Assembly: GCA_002753615.1 (NCBI GenBank) | Contig: PEAO01000003.1 | Span: 1 to 63,773 of the forward strand | DNA: 63,773 nt | Direction of reading: 5' to 3' | Origin: Magnetococcales bacterium DCbin2 | Lineage (GTDB): Bacteria > Pseudomonadota > Magnetococcia > Magnetococcales > UBA8363 | In this document: positions 1 to 10,029 of the stretch, piece by piece | How the letters are laid out: each line of letters starts with the position of its first letter | Numbering within the stretch: the stretch's first letter is position 1 | Position numbers and translations under genes: made by a program | The notes under the pieces: model-generated | Database searches by the model: none | Told to the model about the DNA's origin: nothing | What the model saw: only the letters and a program-made list of their open reading frames with translations

Positions 1-108
1 CAATCCCCCAGACCCCTTTTTTCTTTTAATAATATTATATTGGTATCAATATGTTACGTAATATCAATACGCCATGGTGCCTCAGAAATTTCAAATGCGA
101 TTGCCCTG
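1..108. mobile_element. Right end of fold-back (MITE-like) element, copy A, truncated by window edge
   Basis: CAATCCCCCAGACCCCTTTTTTCTTTTAATAAT arm followed by ...ATTTCAAATGCGATTGCCCTG; closely similar to 63068-63176. Confidence 0.85.
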
Positions 109-204
109 TATAGTACTCCCCAAAATCTAGACAATGGTGTAAGCTCTAATTCACACTAAATTTTTAAGAGAATTATGAGCGTGAAACGAAAACAGTACAA
201 ACCA
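107..204 (+). mobile_element. Probable IS3-family left end and first codons of OrfA (remnant)
   Basis: TG..TAGTACTCCCCAAAATCTAGACA end-like sequence followed by ATG at 175 reading MSVKRKQYKP, typical of an IS3 OrfA start; no further transposase sequence. Confidence 0.45.
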
Positions 205-276
205 TACCAAGTCAAGCAGGTACGCAACCTGATACTCAAATACAAATTGGGGATGCCCTATGACGACACGCTATGA
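199..276 (+). pseudogene. hicA: C-terminal remnant of HicA-type toxin fused to the IS fragment
   Basis: Own translation KPYQVKQVRNLILKYKLG matches the typical HicA C-terminus and directly precedes a HicB-like ORF. Confidence 0.6.
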
Positions 277-412
277 AATCATTATGTACTGGAGCGACGA
301 AGATCAATCTTTTATCGCTGAGGCTCCAGAACTGCTAGGTTGCATGGCCGATGGACCTACCCGTCAACAAGCCATGGAAAAGAAACCGGGCGTATGCTGG
401 GTGGATGGATAA
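260..412 (+). pseudogene. hicB: HicB-family antitoxin, 3'-truncated (50 aa)
   Basis: Own translation MTTRYEIIMYWSDEDQSFIAEAPELLGCMADGPTRQQAMEK is the HicB N-terminal signature; diverges and stops at 412. Confidence 0.7.
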
Positions 413-431
413 AACAGCAGGAGGAAAAGCA

Positions 432-635
432 ATGACCATGGACCTTGTCGAAGAACTTCAACTAAAGATTAGCAACCTGCCCCCACTTCTGGCCAGAGAG
501 GTGCTGGATTTTATCGGCTACCTGGAACACACCCATAGGCAAGATCAGGAACGAGATCCCTTGAGGTATGCGCAACTGGTCTCCATGCGCAAGGTTTGGG
601 ACAATCCAACGGACGAGGCCTGGAATGACATGTAA
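432..635 (+). CDS. DUF2281-like putative antitoxin
   Basis: LPPLLAREVLDFIGYL motif and WDNPTDEAWNDM tail; GGAGG RBS; overlaps the downstream toxin gene. Confidence 0.7.
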   Translation: MTMDLVEELQLKISNLPPLLAREVLDFIGYLEHTHRQDQERDPLRYAQLVSMRKVWDNPTDEAWNDM

Positions 636-999
636 ACCTGGTATGCTGGTCATGGTGCCATTCCCTTTCGCCGATTTGTCCTTCAGCAAAAAACGCCCGG
701 TGCTGGTTCTGACTTTCCCGGACAGGTATGGAGACTTTATTGGGTTGGCCATTACTTCCGTCCCCAAGCAAGAAAACGCCATGCACCTTGAGCCATCTGA
801 CTTGATCAGTGGTGCGTTGCCCCTGCCGAGTTGGGTACGTCTGGATAAGGTGTATACTCTTGGGACAGAGTCTATTACCCGCGAATTGGCAGAAGTTCGT
901 CCCGATGTCCTGGTCCGCATCATTCGTGGCACATGCGTGATTGTTGGTCTTGCATCGACTGTCACCCCGTCTGGGGAAACAACATGCACGCCTTCATGA
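625..999 (+). CDS. PemK/MazF-family toxin
   Basis: VPFPFADLSFSKKRPVLVL and SWVRLDKVYTL motifs; start taken at ATG 625 within ORF 568..999. Confidence 0.85.
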   Translation: MTCKPGMLVMVPFPFADLSFSKKRPVLVLTFPDRYGDFIGLAITSVPKQENAMHLEPSDLISGALPLPSWVRLDKVYTLGTESITRELAEVRPDVLVRIIRGTCVIVGLASTVTPSGETTCTPS

Positions 1000-1190
1000 C
1001 CCATCACGCTTCCCTTCTTGCCTCAAGTCCAGATCAATCCGGTAAGATCGAAAGCATACGCCGCATCAAAGGCGTATACGCCATCCCAGACACACTGATC
1101 CTTGTCGTACAATGGAAAGATGGCGCGGAAGACACCGTTGATATGACGCCGATCATTCAACAATCGGCACCCTTCGGTCATCTTGAAGTT
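996..1190 (+). pseudogene. Possible DUF2442-like antitoxin N-terminal fragment
   Basis: ATGA-coupled to the toxin stop; RIKGVYAIPDTLILVVQWKDGAEDTVDMTPII..PFGHL pattern, then runs antisense into cbiET. Confidence 0.35.
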
Positions 1191-1216
1191 CGGTGCCGAT
1201 ACCCTCAACAAATGGG

Positions 1217-2512
1217 TCAACACACGTCAACCTCCTTGGTCACAGTCACGATCCAAACGGGTGATTGCGTCTCCAGACGGTTCATGTTGAGCAAAGGCTG
1301 GCTGAGGGAACAGCCGGTCTGGGTTATGGACCAGGGCTGATGGTGGTGATCCAGGTAGGCCAGGGTTCGGGTCAGATTTTCCAAAGCGACCAGATTGATC
1401 ACCAAACGTCCCCCCCCCTTCAATCGTGATAACACCAGTGCCATCAATACTTCCAGATTACCGCCGCTGCCGCCGATAAAAACGGCATCGGGATCGGGCC
1501 AAGCCTCCAAACCCTGGGGTGCCAATCCACAGGCGATGCGATAATTAAAACGTCCCAACCGGGCGCGATTGGCCAGGATATGGTGTATCGAAGAGTCGTT
1601 TTTTTCAATGGCCCAAACTTGTCCATAGGGGGTCAAACCAGCCGCCTCCAACCCGACGCTACCCGATCCGGCACCGATATCCCATACCGTATCGCCATCG
1701 GTAATGGCAAGATAAGCCAAAGAAATAGCCCGAACCTCCCGGCGGGTGATCAACCCTTTTTTAAACACTTTTTTTTGATAAAAATCGTCCGGCAAACCAA
1801 AAGCGGGCCATCGATCATACGGGGAGGGGGCAACTTTCTGGAGGATGACCACGTTGGGTTCCAGAAAGGTGCGCGCCACGCAGTCACTCGGTTCCAAGTC
1901 CCGGTCCACTCTTTCATCCTGCTGGCCCAACCGTTGGCAGACCGTCATTTTCCAGGTATTTTCCAAGCCCAACAAGGTCAACATATGGGCCAACCGGGAG
2001 GGGGTGTTGGCGGGACTGGTCAATACCCCCAAAAGGGCCGCCGCGTTGAGTGCCTGCCAGAAGGGATACAGAGCATGTTCAAAATCGGCTTCCGGGTGCC
2101 AATCTCCGCTGTCACGGGCATGGAGCGAAAGCCATCTGGCCTCAGACCAAGCCAGAGGAATCCGGGAAAAGGCAAGTTGCAAGGAGGAGACCTGACCGTG
2201 AACCTCAAAACTTCCGGGGGGGAGTTTTCCGGTCAGATACCCGGCCAATCCAAAAAAAAGGGGATCCCCCGTGGCCAACACCACCACCCGCCGTCCTTGG
2301 GTTTGCGCCTGTTCCAACCAGTGGGGCACCTGGGCGATCTGTCCGGTAAAAGGGCGTTTTTCGGCATCCTGGGCCATCGCCGGGGCATAGAGTTCCAGAA
2401 ATCGAACATCCCCCAGAACCAAATCGGCCTGCTCCAGACGGCAACGCCCCGCGTGAGACAGGCTCTCCAGGCCCGAATCCAACACCCCCAGAATACAAAT
2501 GGCCGCCGTCAT
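1217..2512 (-). CDS. cbiET: Bifunctional cobalt-precorrin-7 C5/C15-methyltransferase (CbiE-CbiT, CobL-like)
   Basis: VLATGDPLFFG (CbiE) and WDIGAGSGSVG..PDAVFIGGSGG (CbiT) motifs; cbi operon context. Confidence 0.93.
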   Translation of the reverse strand: MTAAICILGVLDSGLESLSHAGRCRLEQADLVLGDVRFLELYAPAMAQDAEKRPFTGQIAQVPHWLEQAQTQGRRVVVLATGDPLFFGLAGYLTGKLPPGSFEVHGQVSSLQLAFSRIPLAWSEARWLSLHARDSGDWHPEADFEHALYPFWQALNAAALLGVLTSPANTPSRLAHMLTLLGLENTWKMTVCQRLGQQDERVDRDLEPSDCVARTFLEPNVVILQKVAPSPYDRWPAFGLPDDFYQKKVFKKGLITRREVRAISLAYLAITDGDTVWDIGAGSGSVGLEAAGLTPYGQVWAIEKNDSSIHHILANRARLGRFNYRIACGLAPQGLEAWPDPDAVFIGGSGGNLEVLMALVLSRLKGGGRLVINLVALENLTRTLAYLDHHHQPWSITQTGCSLSQPLLNMNRLETQSPVWIVTVTKEVDVC

Positions 2513-3621
2513 GGCAAAGGTTTCCCGGCCCAGGTGATGAGCCCCCCCTCAAAATCCAGGGCCAAAACCGTCGCCTCGGTCCCTACCCCCAACCAGGGTT
2601 GCACACCCGTATGGGCCGCCTGGGCCAGTTTTTGATAGAATGGCATCTGCAATGCGACCTGCGTCAACGCTTCCACGGCAAACCGCACCGTCGTCCCCTG
2701 GGCAATTTCCGCCACCATCGATGCCTCTGCCCCGACCGATGCCGCCAGTTGCGCTACGTGATCCATGTTCAACGCTGTTTTATGGGCGTGGGTATTTTTA
2801 AGCCCTTGGGCCATCTTGGCCAGTTTTCCCCCCATGGCGACGAGGACCACCTGTTGGATTCGGGCCGCCGTGGCCGCTGCCAACGCGGCACCGACAAAAT
2901 CCCCCATCTGCACAAAAGCCCATTCCGGCCACTGCGGAAAATGGTTCATGGCAAACCGTTCGGTACGCCGTCCGGTGGTCAAAACCAGGGTTTTCAATCC
3001 TGCCGCCGCCGCCCCATGAATCGCCTGCACCACCGCCGCCTTGTAAGCGGCAGTGGAATAGGGATAGACAACACCAGAGGTTCCCAAAATCGAAATCCCC
3101 CCCAGGATGCCCAGGCGTGGATTGAGTGTTTTTTGTGCCAGTGCCTCGCCACCAGGAACCGAGATGGTCACCGCCAAGCCATGGGACTCCAAGAGCGGGG
3201 GAGCGACTTCCAACACGTTGGCGATGATATTTTGTCTGGGGACGGGATTGATGGCCGCCTCCCCCACCGGCAAGCCGAGACCGGGCCGCGTCACGGTCCC
3301 CACCCCCGCACCGCCATGCAACATGATCTCTCCCGGATGATCCAGCCAAGGTTCCACATGGGCCACCAGATGGGCACCATGGGTGCAGTCGGGATCATCC
3401 CCCGCGTCTTTGATGACAGCGGCCCACACCCCATCCCGATCTTTGGACCATTCGGCGACCGCGAAAGCAACCCGCTGACCATTGGGTAACAGCGTTTCGA
3501 CCTGATCGGGCACCTGTCCCCAGCGCAGTCCTAGCGTTGCGGCACGGGCAGCGGCGGCGGAACATGCCCCGGTGGTCCAACCGGTCCGCTTGCCCCGATC
3601 ACCTTTGCTTTTTGGATTCAA
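2509..3621 (-). CDS. cbiD: Cobalt-precorrin-5B C1-methyltransferase
   Basis: GWTTGACSAAAA, KDAGDDPDCTHG, TLNPRLGILGGISILGTSG motifs. Confidence 0.95.
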   Translation of the reverse strand: MNPKSKGDRGKRTGWTTGACSAAAARAATLGLRWGQVPDQVETLLPNGQRVAFAVAEWSKDRDGVWAAVIKDAGDDPDCTHGAHLVAHVEPWLDHPGEIMLHGGAGVGTVTRPGLGLPVGEAAINPVPRQNIIANVLEVAPPLLESHGLAVTISVPGGEALAQKTLNPRLGILGGISILGTSGVVYPYSTAAYKAAVVQAIHGAAAAGLKTLVLTTGRRTERFAMNHFPQWPEWAFVQMGDFVGAALAAATAARIQQVVLVAMGGKLAKMAQGLKNTHAHKTALNMDHVAQLAASVGAEASMVAEIAQGTTVRFAVEALTQVALQMPFYQKLAQAAHTGVQPWLGVGTEATVLALDFEGGLITWAGKPLP

Positions 3622-4277
3622 CCGCGCTTCCCCAACGCCAGATCCATCACCGTATGCAATGCCGCCACCGCCAGGGTCGATCCCCCTTTGGTCCCATAGG
3701 TGCTAATCCATGGGGGTTCTTCCAGGGTCATGAGAAGATCCTTGGATTCCACCGCCGAGATAAACCCCACCGGCACGCCAATGATCAAGGCGGGACGGAC
3801 CCCTTCCTCCTGGACCAAACGAATCAATTCCAGCAGGGCGGTCGGGGCATTGCCGATGGCCACCACCCCATGATCGAGCAATCCCCGACGCCAAGCCAGA
3901 CGCATGGCCTGAACGGTGCGTGTGGTGCGCTCTTCGGTCGCGAGCTGAATCACTTCGGCGTCGGCATTGAATTGGTGGATACGAACCCCCAGGGGTTGCA
4001 AACGGCGGGAAGTGACCCCCGCCTGGATCATGCTAACATCCACCACCAGGGGACACCCCCGCGCGAATGCATCCCGTCCCGCAGCCATCGCCTGGGGATG
4101 AAACCGGGTGAGACCATTGAACTCAAAATCGCCGCTGGTATGGATCAAACGCCGCACTAGAGGCCATTGTTCGGCGGTGTAATGGGGATGGGGACCGATA
4201 TGGGTATCGATATAGAGGAAGGAGGCGTTTTCGATATCCATACCAGCAGCAACGATGGGCGGGGCGAGATGACTCAT
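3618..4277 (-). CDS. cbiC: Precorrin-8X methylmutase (CbiC/CobH)
   Basis: RRLIHTSGDF, IGNAPTAL, GVPVGFISAVESK, KGGS motifs. Confidence 0.95.
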   Translation of the reverse strand: MSHLAPPIVAAGMDIENASFLYIDTHIGPHPHYTAEQWPLVRRLIHTSGDFEFNGLTRFHPQAMAAGRDAFARGCPLVVDVSMIQAGVTSRRLQPLGVRIHQFNADAEVIQLATEERTTRTVQAMRLAWRRGLLDHGVVAIGNAPTALLELIRLVQEEGVRPALIIGVPVGFISAVESKDLLMTLEEPPWISTYGTKGGSTLAVAALHTVMDLALGKRG

Positions 4278-4295
4278 AAAGCTCCTGGTGAGACT

Positions 4296-5123
4296 CTAGT
4301 GGTGATGGTCGATGCCATGTTCGTGGGCAATTTCCCGGATCCGGCAGCCATCGCATTCCATCATGGAGACCGAATGTTCCCGCACTTCGGCCAGACGCGA
4401 TTCCAGCACCTCCACCACCCGATCATTGATGCCCAGGTAACCGGCGAGGGAGAAGGCAATCTGCGGATATTGCCGAGTCATCCGTTGCACTTGATTTTCA
4501 ATCCGTTTGATCAGACGCCCGGTGAAGAGATAATAGGGGGCGATGATGATCTGCATGGCTCCCGAGGCGACCTGACGCGCCACCACGGTTTCCACACGGG
4601 GATAGGTGATGCCGGTAAAGGCGTAATCCACTTGGTCATGACGGGTGGTTTCAAAGACCCACCGGGCCATTTTAGCGACTTCGCCATTGGCGGACATATC
4701 CGAAGACCCCCGCCCCAGGAGGATGATGCTGGTGGTTTTGGGATCGGGCATATCCAAGGTGACCATGGCACTGTGGATGCGCATACGGACGAGTTTCAAG
4801 ATCCGTTCGTCCACCCCCAGATGCCGCCCCATCAAGAACTGCACTTGGGGGTGACGTAGGCGTGCTTGTTCAAGATATTCGGGGAGTTCCATTTTAACGT
4901 GACCGGCGGCGTTAAGGATCAGCGGCAGCAGGATCACCCGATCACTCCCTTCTGCTGCCTTATCGAGACCGGCATCGGGGAGGACTGTCGCATGTTCGAT
5001 CCAGCACACTTCGATACGCCAATCGGGATGTTTGGATTGCCAATACTGCGCAAATTCATCGACCTCGACATTGCCTTCCTCATCCCGCGATCCATGCCCC
5101 ACCAACAAAATGGTTTCCTTCAT
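4296..5123 (-). CDS. cbiX: Sirohydrochlorin cobaltochelatase, long form
   Basis: LVGHGSRD, AAGHVK, GRGSSD repeats; C-terminal MECDGC motif and His-rich tail. Confidence 0.92.
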   Translation of the reverse strand: MKETILLVGHGSRDEEGNVEVDEFAQYWQSKHPDWRIEVCWIEHATVLPDAGLDKAAEGSDRVILLPLILNAAGHVKMELPEYLEQARLRHPQVQFLMGRHLGVDERILKLVRMRIHSAMVTLDMPDPKTTSIILLGRGSSDMSANGEVAKMARWVFETTRHDQVDYAFTGITYPRVETVVARQVASGAMQIIIAPYYLFTGRLIKRIENQVQRMTRQYPQIAFSLAGYLGINDRVVEVLESRLAEVREHSVSMMECDGCRIREIAHEHGIDHHH

Positions 5124-5372
5124 GAAGATTCCTTTTTTAGATTTTTTCTCTACCGTCCGTTTTGAATCCGACGCAAAACCACCTTAAGGAGTGTACCCGT
5201 GGCTGTCAAGTCGGGGGGTGACCATCCCGATCAACCGTTGAGACGACCACAAAAAAAACAGGTATCCTCGACAATATTTTTCTTAATCTTGAAACAAGCC
5301 TACAAATATCATAGGATCGGATCTTTAAATGACAAGAGTATATTTTATTGATTTTTTCCTGAGGAGGCTGAA

Positions 5373-6200
5373 ATGAACGACTGGGTTGAATTCGCCAAAG
5401 GGGCTGGAGCCATTCCAAAAGAGCTTTACGACGATGCTGCTAAACCAATAATCCAACCTCTTGGGAAGGGGCTTGGTATTCTGGCAAGAGTTATTCCAGC
5501 CGTATTACAACCCCTTGAGAGGTGGGTTGACAAAAAAGACCACGAAGCAGCACAGAGGAAAATCGAGTTGTCACTGAGCGAAAAGTTAAAAAACACACCC
5601 AAGGAAGAGTTGGTTTCGCCCCGCCCGATGATCGCCCAACCAGCCTTGGAGGGGATGGCACTGACCCTGGATGAGGAGGATTTGTTTGATTTGTTTTCAA
5701 ACTTGTTAGCCAAATCGATGATCAAACAACACAAAGACACGATCCACCCAGGTTTCATTGCAGTACTTAAAGAAATGACGCCCCTCGAAGCACGACTTGC
5801 ACGATGGATTTTTGAATATGAGAAAGAGTACGACTCAAGATCTATACCATGCATTGGAATAAAAGCTGCTGCGAAAAACAAGAAAGATGCATATTATGAA
5901 CCACTTCAATATTATTTTGGAGAGGTGCCTTATGGCATATTCAATAATAACGATGAGATATACTCAGCAAGCCTCAACAATTTGGCTCGATTGGGAATCA
6001 TTTTTCTTCCAAAATTAGAGCAAGCTCACGTCATAGCCGATAGATTCCCCCCACTAGAAAATGATGTACCGATCAAAGAACTTATCATTTCAATAGAAAA
6101 TCATCAACTTCTTTCAAATTATTCTATATTGAGAAACTATACGATAATAACGAAATTCGGAGTTATTTTCCTCAGGGAGTGTCTTGTGCCACCAAAATGA
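5373..6200 (+). CDS. DUF4393 / Abi-alpha-like protein
   Basis: P..IAQPALEG, LFSNLLAKSM, IHPGFIAVLKEMTPLEA, SLNNLARLGII, T.FG..FL..C pattern; AT-rich relative to flanks. Confidence 0.7.
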   Translation: MNDWVEFAKGAGAIPKELYDDAAKPIIQPLGKGLGILARVIPAVLQPLERWVDKKDHEAAQRKIELSLSEKLKNTPKEELVSPRPMIAQPALEGMALTLDEEDLFDLFSNLLAKSMIKQHKDTIHPGFIAVLKEMTPLEARLARWIFEYEKEYDSRSIPCIGIKAAAKNKKDAYYEPLQYYFGEVPYGIFNNNDEIYSASLNNLARLGIIFLPKLEQAHVIADRFPPLENDVPIKELIISIENHQLLSNYSILRNYTIITKFGVIFLRECLVPPK

Positions 6201-6214
6201 GTAGAGGTGACCCG

Positions 6215-6299
6215 ATTGTATTGATCATCTCATAGCCTGACATGTATCATGAACAATTTTCGTCGATCTTGTGGGAAGCTTATATGATTGCCGCGCAAA
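6215..6299 (+). repeat. Copy 1 of ~85-bp imperfect direct repeat containing a sigma70-like promoter
   Basis: Aligns by eye (~80%) with 7964-8047; TTGATC-N18-TATCAT. Confidence 0.75.
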
Positions 6300-6433
6300 G
6301 CCGCATAATTGGCATCGGGGATTTGCGGCATTGAAAAGTTTGCATGGTCGCTTGGCGACGGTCAGTCTTGAGGAAGTTCAATTCATATTCGGCCCATTGC
6401 TTGACGGAATCACCGTCATGATCGGAAACACCC

Positions 6434-7909
6434 ATGAAAGATCTGAAATTATCTCCCAGTAATACCATGCGCTCTGCGATCATTGCCGCTTTACCCGCAG
6501 AAACAACTTCCTTCGGAAACACACCTCTGGCCAAAGAAGTCTACATTCCCGTTTCTCACATCAAGGCGTTGCGCCTGGAATGTAATCTTGTCATTGGCCA
6601 TCGTGGTGTCGGCAAGACGTTTTGGAGTGCCGCCCTGGGCGATGCAACGATCCGCAAAATACTGGGGAAAGAGATCCCTGACCTATCCCATGTGGAGGTC
6701 CATACAGGATTCGGGGATAAACCCAATGTCGCTCACTATCCCGATGGGGATTTATTCACATCCTTGCTGAAAAAAAAGTTTGAACCCTATCCAATTTGGC
6801 GCGCCGTCCTTGCCCGTTGGTTGGTAGCCTTTGATGCTTCGGTGAACGTCCCCACCGATTCGTGGGAAGCGACGATCACCTGGGTTCAGGACAATCCAGA
6901 ATCCTTTGCACGCCTGCTCGAAAACGCCAACGCCTATTTTTCCCGCAACAACAAGCATGGACTCATCGTATTTGATGCCTTGGACCGCAGTAGTACCGAT
7001 TGGCAAAACATGGATAGTATTGTACGCGATTTATTGCGGGTTGTGTTATTACTCAAACGGTTTTCCCGTTTGCATGGAAAAATATTCCTCCGCTTTGACC
7101 AATTCAGCCGCCATGCCATCGCCGATTTTCCCGATGCTTCCAAATTGCTCAACATGAAGGTCGATCTGACATGGAGACCCCGTGACCTCCACGGTCTCCT
7201 TTGGCAATACCTGTGTAATGGACCGGAAGATTCTGGAAAAATCATGCGCGAAACCTTCAAGATGATCGTCGGCTCGGACCCGCTATTGCTTGAAAGGACC
7301 ATTTGGTCGATCACCGGCGCGGCCAAAAATGATGAGACAATCCAACGGCAACTTTTCATCGAACTGGCGGGTGCATGGATGGGAAGAGACCGGCGTCGGG
7401 GTGTCCCCTACACCTGGGCCGTTGGACATCTCTCCGATGGACACCAACAGGTATCACCCCGTTCATTTCTTGCCGCCATTCGTGCCGCCGCCGAGGATTC
7501 GGGACAACGGTATTCCGAACACCCCCATCCCCTGCACTATGAAAGTATCAAACGGGGCATTCAACAAGCTTCCCAAATACGTATCGCCGAACTGGCTGAA
7601 GATTATCCATGGGTCAAAACACTCATGGAACCCTTATCCGGCATCAGCGTCCCTTGTGAATTTGAGGTCATCCAGAAATGTTGGGACGATAGCAATACGC
7701 TCACCGCAGTAAAGCAACTGACTCAAAAAAAATTACCGCCTGAACACATCGATAACGGGTGGAACGGAATGCGTCTCGACCTTGAAAATCTTGGGATTTT
7801 TGATAAGTTCAAGGATGGACGTGTCAACATGCCCGACCTCTACCGGGTCGGATTTGGATTGGGTAGAAAAGGTGGAGTCAAACCCATGGCCAAAATAAAC
7901 AATCAGTAA
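6434..7909 (+). CDS. P-loop ATPase of unknown function, defence-island type
   Basis: Walker A GHRGVGKT, Walker B LIVFDALD; C-terminal GRVNMPDLYRVGFGLGRKGGV. Confidence 0.75.
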   Translation: MKDLKLSPSNTMRSAIIAALPAETTSFGNTPLAKEVYIPVSHIKALRLECNLVIGHRGVGKTFWSAALGDATIRKILGKEIPDLSHVEVHTGFGDKPNVAHYPDGDLFTSLLKKKFEPYPIWRAVLARWLVAFDASVNVPTDSWEATITWVQDNPESFARLLENANAYFSRNNKHGLIVFDALDRSSTDWQNMDSIVRDLLRVVLLLKRFSRLHGKIFLRFDQFSRHAIADFPDASKLLNMKVDLTWRPRDLHGLLWQYLCNGPEDSGKIMRETFKMIVGSDPLLLERTIWSITGAAKNDETIQRQLFIELAGAWMGRDRRRGVPYTWAVGHLSDGHQQVSPRSFLAAIRAAAEDSGQRYSEHPHPLHYESIKRGIQQASQIRIAELAEDYPWVKTLMEPLSGISVPCEFEVIQKCWDDSNTLTAVKQLTQKKLPPEHIDNGWNGMRLDLENLGIFDKFKDGRVNMPDLYRVGFGLGRKGGVKPMAKINNQ

Positions 7910-7963
7910 TTAATGTTTTTTCCGCGTATGATCCCGCTATGTCCCCGGCGTGAAAATAATCTA

Positions 7964-8047
7964 ATTGTGTTGATCATCCCTGGCCTGATATGTATGATGA
8001 ACAATTATCGTCGGTCGTGTGGAGAAATTAAACAATTGTAGCGCAAA
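7964..8047 (+). promoter_or_regulatory. Copy 2 of the ~85-bp repeat; probable promoter of the chemoreceptor gene
   Basis: TTGATC-N17-TATGAT, 53 bp upstream of ATG 8101. Confidence 0.6.
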
Positions 8048-8100
8048 ACCTTGTAGTTCACCACTTCACAAGGAACAAAGGTAGGGGGGCCAGAATTTTT

Positions 8101-10029
8101 ATGAAGGATACCAAGAAAACGGCAAGCTTTGGCGTCCGTTCCGCTTTTTTGATGATCGGTCTGGTTTTGCTGATCATGGCCACGCTGTCCGGTCTTTCAC
8201 TCTGGCTCTCCACAGAACTTGAAAATCGTGACGCCGATACCCTTGATCTTGCCGGACGGCAGCGGATGCTGTCACAAAAAGCAACCAAAGAGTTTTTTAT
8301 CTATCTGGCTGAAGGGTCGCAAAAAACACGGGATTCCCTCGAAACGACCCTGTGGGCCTTTGACGCCACACTGACCGGTCTGATCCGAGGGGAAAAAGCC
8401 CCCCAAGCCCTGGATAAAAACAGCCCCCATCTCCCCATGAACCGCCCGTCCGCAGCGGTCAACCAACAATTGGTCCGGGTAGCCGCCATCTGGGAACCAT
8501 TCCGCAAGGATATGGAATATGGATTGGGAAAGCCTGAAGATCTGGAAGCGGTCAAAGCAAGATTGATCGACTCCAATATCGCTTTACTCTCCGAGATGAA
8601 CAAGGCGGTCGGTATGATGGCCGAGGAATCATCCGAGCGGACACAACACGTCGTCCGTTCCCTCACGACCGTCGTAGCCATCTCCGTGTTGGTCGTCATT
8701 GCGGGTCTTGTACTGCTCCTGATTATTTTTCGAAATATCTTCCGTCAGTTGGGTGGAGAACCCGCCGAAGTGACCGCCCTCGTGCAACGTGTCGCCCGTG
8801 GGGATTTATCCATCGCCTTCGATGAACGCCGCGCCCGAACAGGGGTTTATGGGGCCATGAAGGAAATGGTCGATAACCTGAAGAAAACCGTCCATTCCCT
8901 CATCGAGGTTGGGGAAAATGTCGTCCAGGAAAGCGGCAAGGTCAATACATCAGCACAAGAAATTTCCGAAGGGGCCACCGAACAAGCCGCCTCCGTAGAA
9001 GAGACTTCCGCCTCAGTGACCGAAATGGCGGCCAGTATCCAACACAACACCGACAATGCAGTCAATACCGAACGTCTGGCCCGAGATAACGCCGGAAAAG
9101 CCAAAGAGGGTGGCAAAGCGGTGGCGGGTGCGGTCACCGCCATGAAAGAAATTGCCCAAAAAATATCCATCATTGAAGAAATCGCCCGCCAGACCAATCT
9201 TCTGGCCCTCAATGCCGCCATCGAAGCCGCACGCGCCGGCGAACATGGCAAAGGGTTCGCCGTAGTCGCCGCCGAAGTGAGAAAACTTGCCGAACGCAGT
9301 CAAACCGCCGCCGGCGAAATCAATCAAATTTCAAAATCCAGCGTCGCCGTGGCGGAACAGGCGGGAAATATCCTGGCCAACCTCGTACCCGATATTGAAG
9401 AAACAGCGCGTCTGGTACAAGAAATCGCCGCCGCTTCGCAGGAACAAAATCAAGGGAGCGGCCAAGTCAACCAGGCGATTCAACAGCTAGACCAAGTGAT
9501 TCAACAAAACGCCGCCGCCGCTGAAAGAATGGCGGAATCCGCCGATCATCTGGCGGTTGAAGCCAACCGCCTCCAAGGGGTCATCGCCTTTTTCCAACTC
9601 GACGATTCCGGTTCCGATGCCGTCCTCATGCCGTGGTCCGACAAGTTATTGGTCAACATCACCGAGGCGGATCGCCAGCATCGTCACTTGGTAGACTTGG
9701 TAAACAACATTTATCGGGCCGTCAAACAGGGGCAGATCGAACATGGTCTGAAAACCCTTGTGCCGGAATTGGTCGATTATACCGTGAAACATTTTAAGTT
9801 TGAGGAAGACCTTTTCGAGAAACATGGCTATCCCGAAGCGGTCCAGCATCAACAGGCCCATAAAAAATTGGTGCAACGGGTCGTCGATTTCATCACCCAA
9901 TTGGAAAAGGGGGGAGACCACTCCATCGCCTTTGAACTTTTGGGGTTCCTGAAATCGTGGCTCATCGAGCATATCATGGGGACCGATACCCGTTATGGTC
10001 GTTGGCTCAATGAACGTGGCATTCATTAG
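8101..10029 (+). CDS. Methyl-accepting chemotaxis protein with PilJ/NarX-like periplasmic sensor and C-terminal bacteriohemerythrin
   Basis: Two TM segments; [12 protein letters not shown]-box; [23 protein letters not shown] signalling core; H..HFKFEE..H...[11 protein letters not shown] hemerythrin ligands. Confidence 0.92.
   Translation: MKDTKKTASFGVRSAFLMIGLVLLIMATLSGLSLWLSTELENRDADTLDLAGRQRMLSQKATKEFFIYLAEGSQKTRDSLETTLWAFDATLTGLIRGEKAPQALDKNSPHLPMNRPSAAVNQQLVRVAAIWEPFRKDMEYGLGKPEDLEAVKARLIDSNIALLSEMNKAVGMMAEESSERTQHVVRSLTTVVAISVLVVIAGLVLLLIIFRNIFRQLGGEPAEVTALVQRVARGDLSIAFDERRARTGVYGAMKEMVDNLKKTVHSLIEVGENVVQESGKVNTSAQEISEGATEQAASVEETSASVTEMAASIQHNTDNAVNTERLARDNAGKAKEGGKAVAGAVTAMKEIAQKISIIEEIARQTNLLALNAAIEAARAGEHGKGFAVVAAEVRKLAERSQTAAGEINQISKSSVAVAEQAGNILANLVPDIEETARLVQEIAAASQEQNQGSGQVNQAIQQLDQVIQQNAAAAERMAESADHLAVEANRLQGVIAFFQLDDSGSDAVLMPWSDKLLVNITEADRQHRHLVDLVNNIYRAVKQGQIEHGLKTLVPELVDYTVKHFKFEEDLFEKHGYPEAVQHQQAHKKLVQRVVDFITQLEKGGDHSIAFELLGFLKSWLIEHIMGTDTRYGRWLNERGIH

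Noticed and set aside
5124-5372. Cobalamin riboswitch upstream of cbiX
   Set aside because: No recognisable B12-box or conserved core found by eye on the minus strand.
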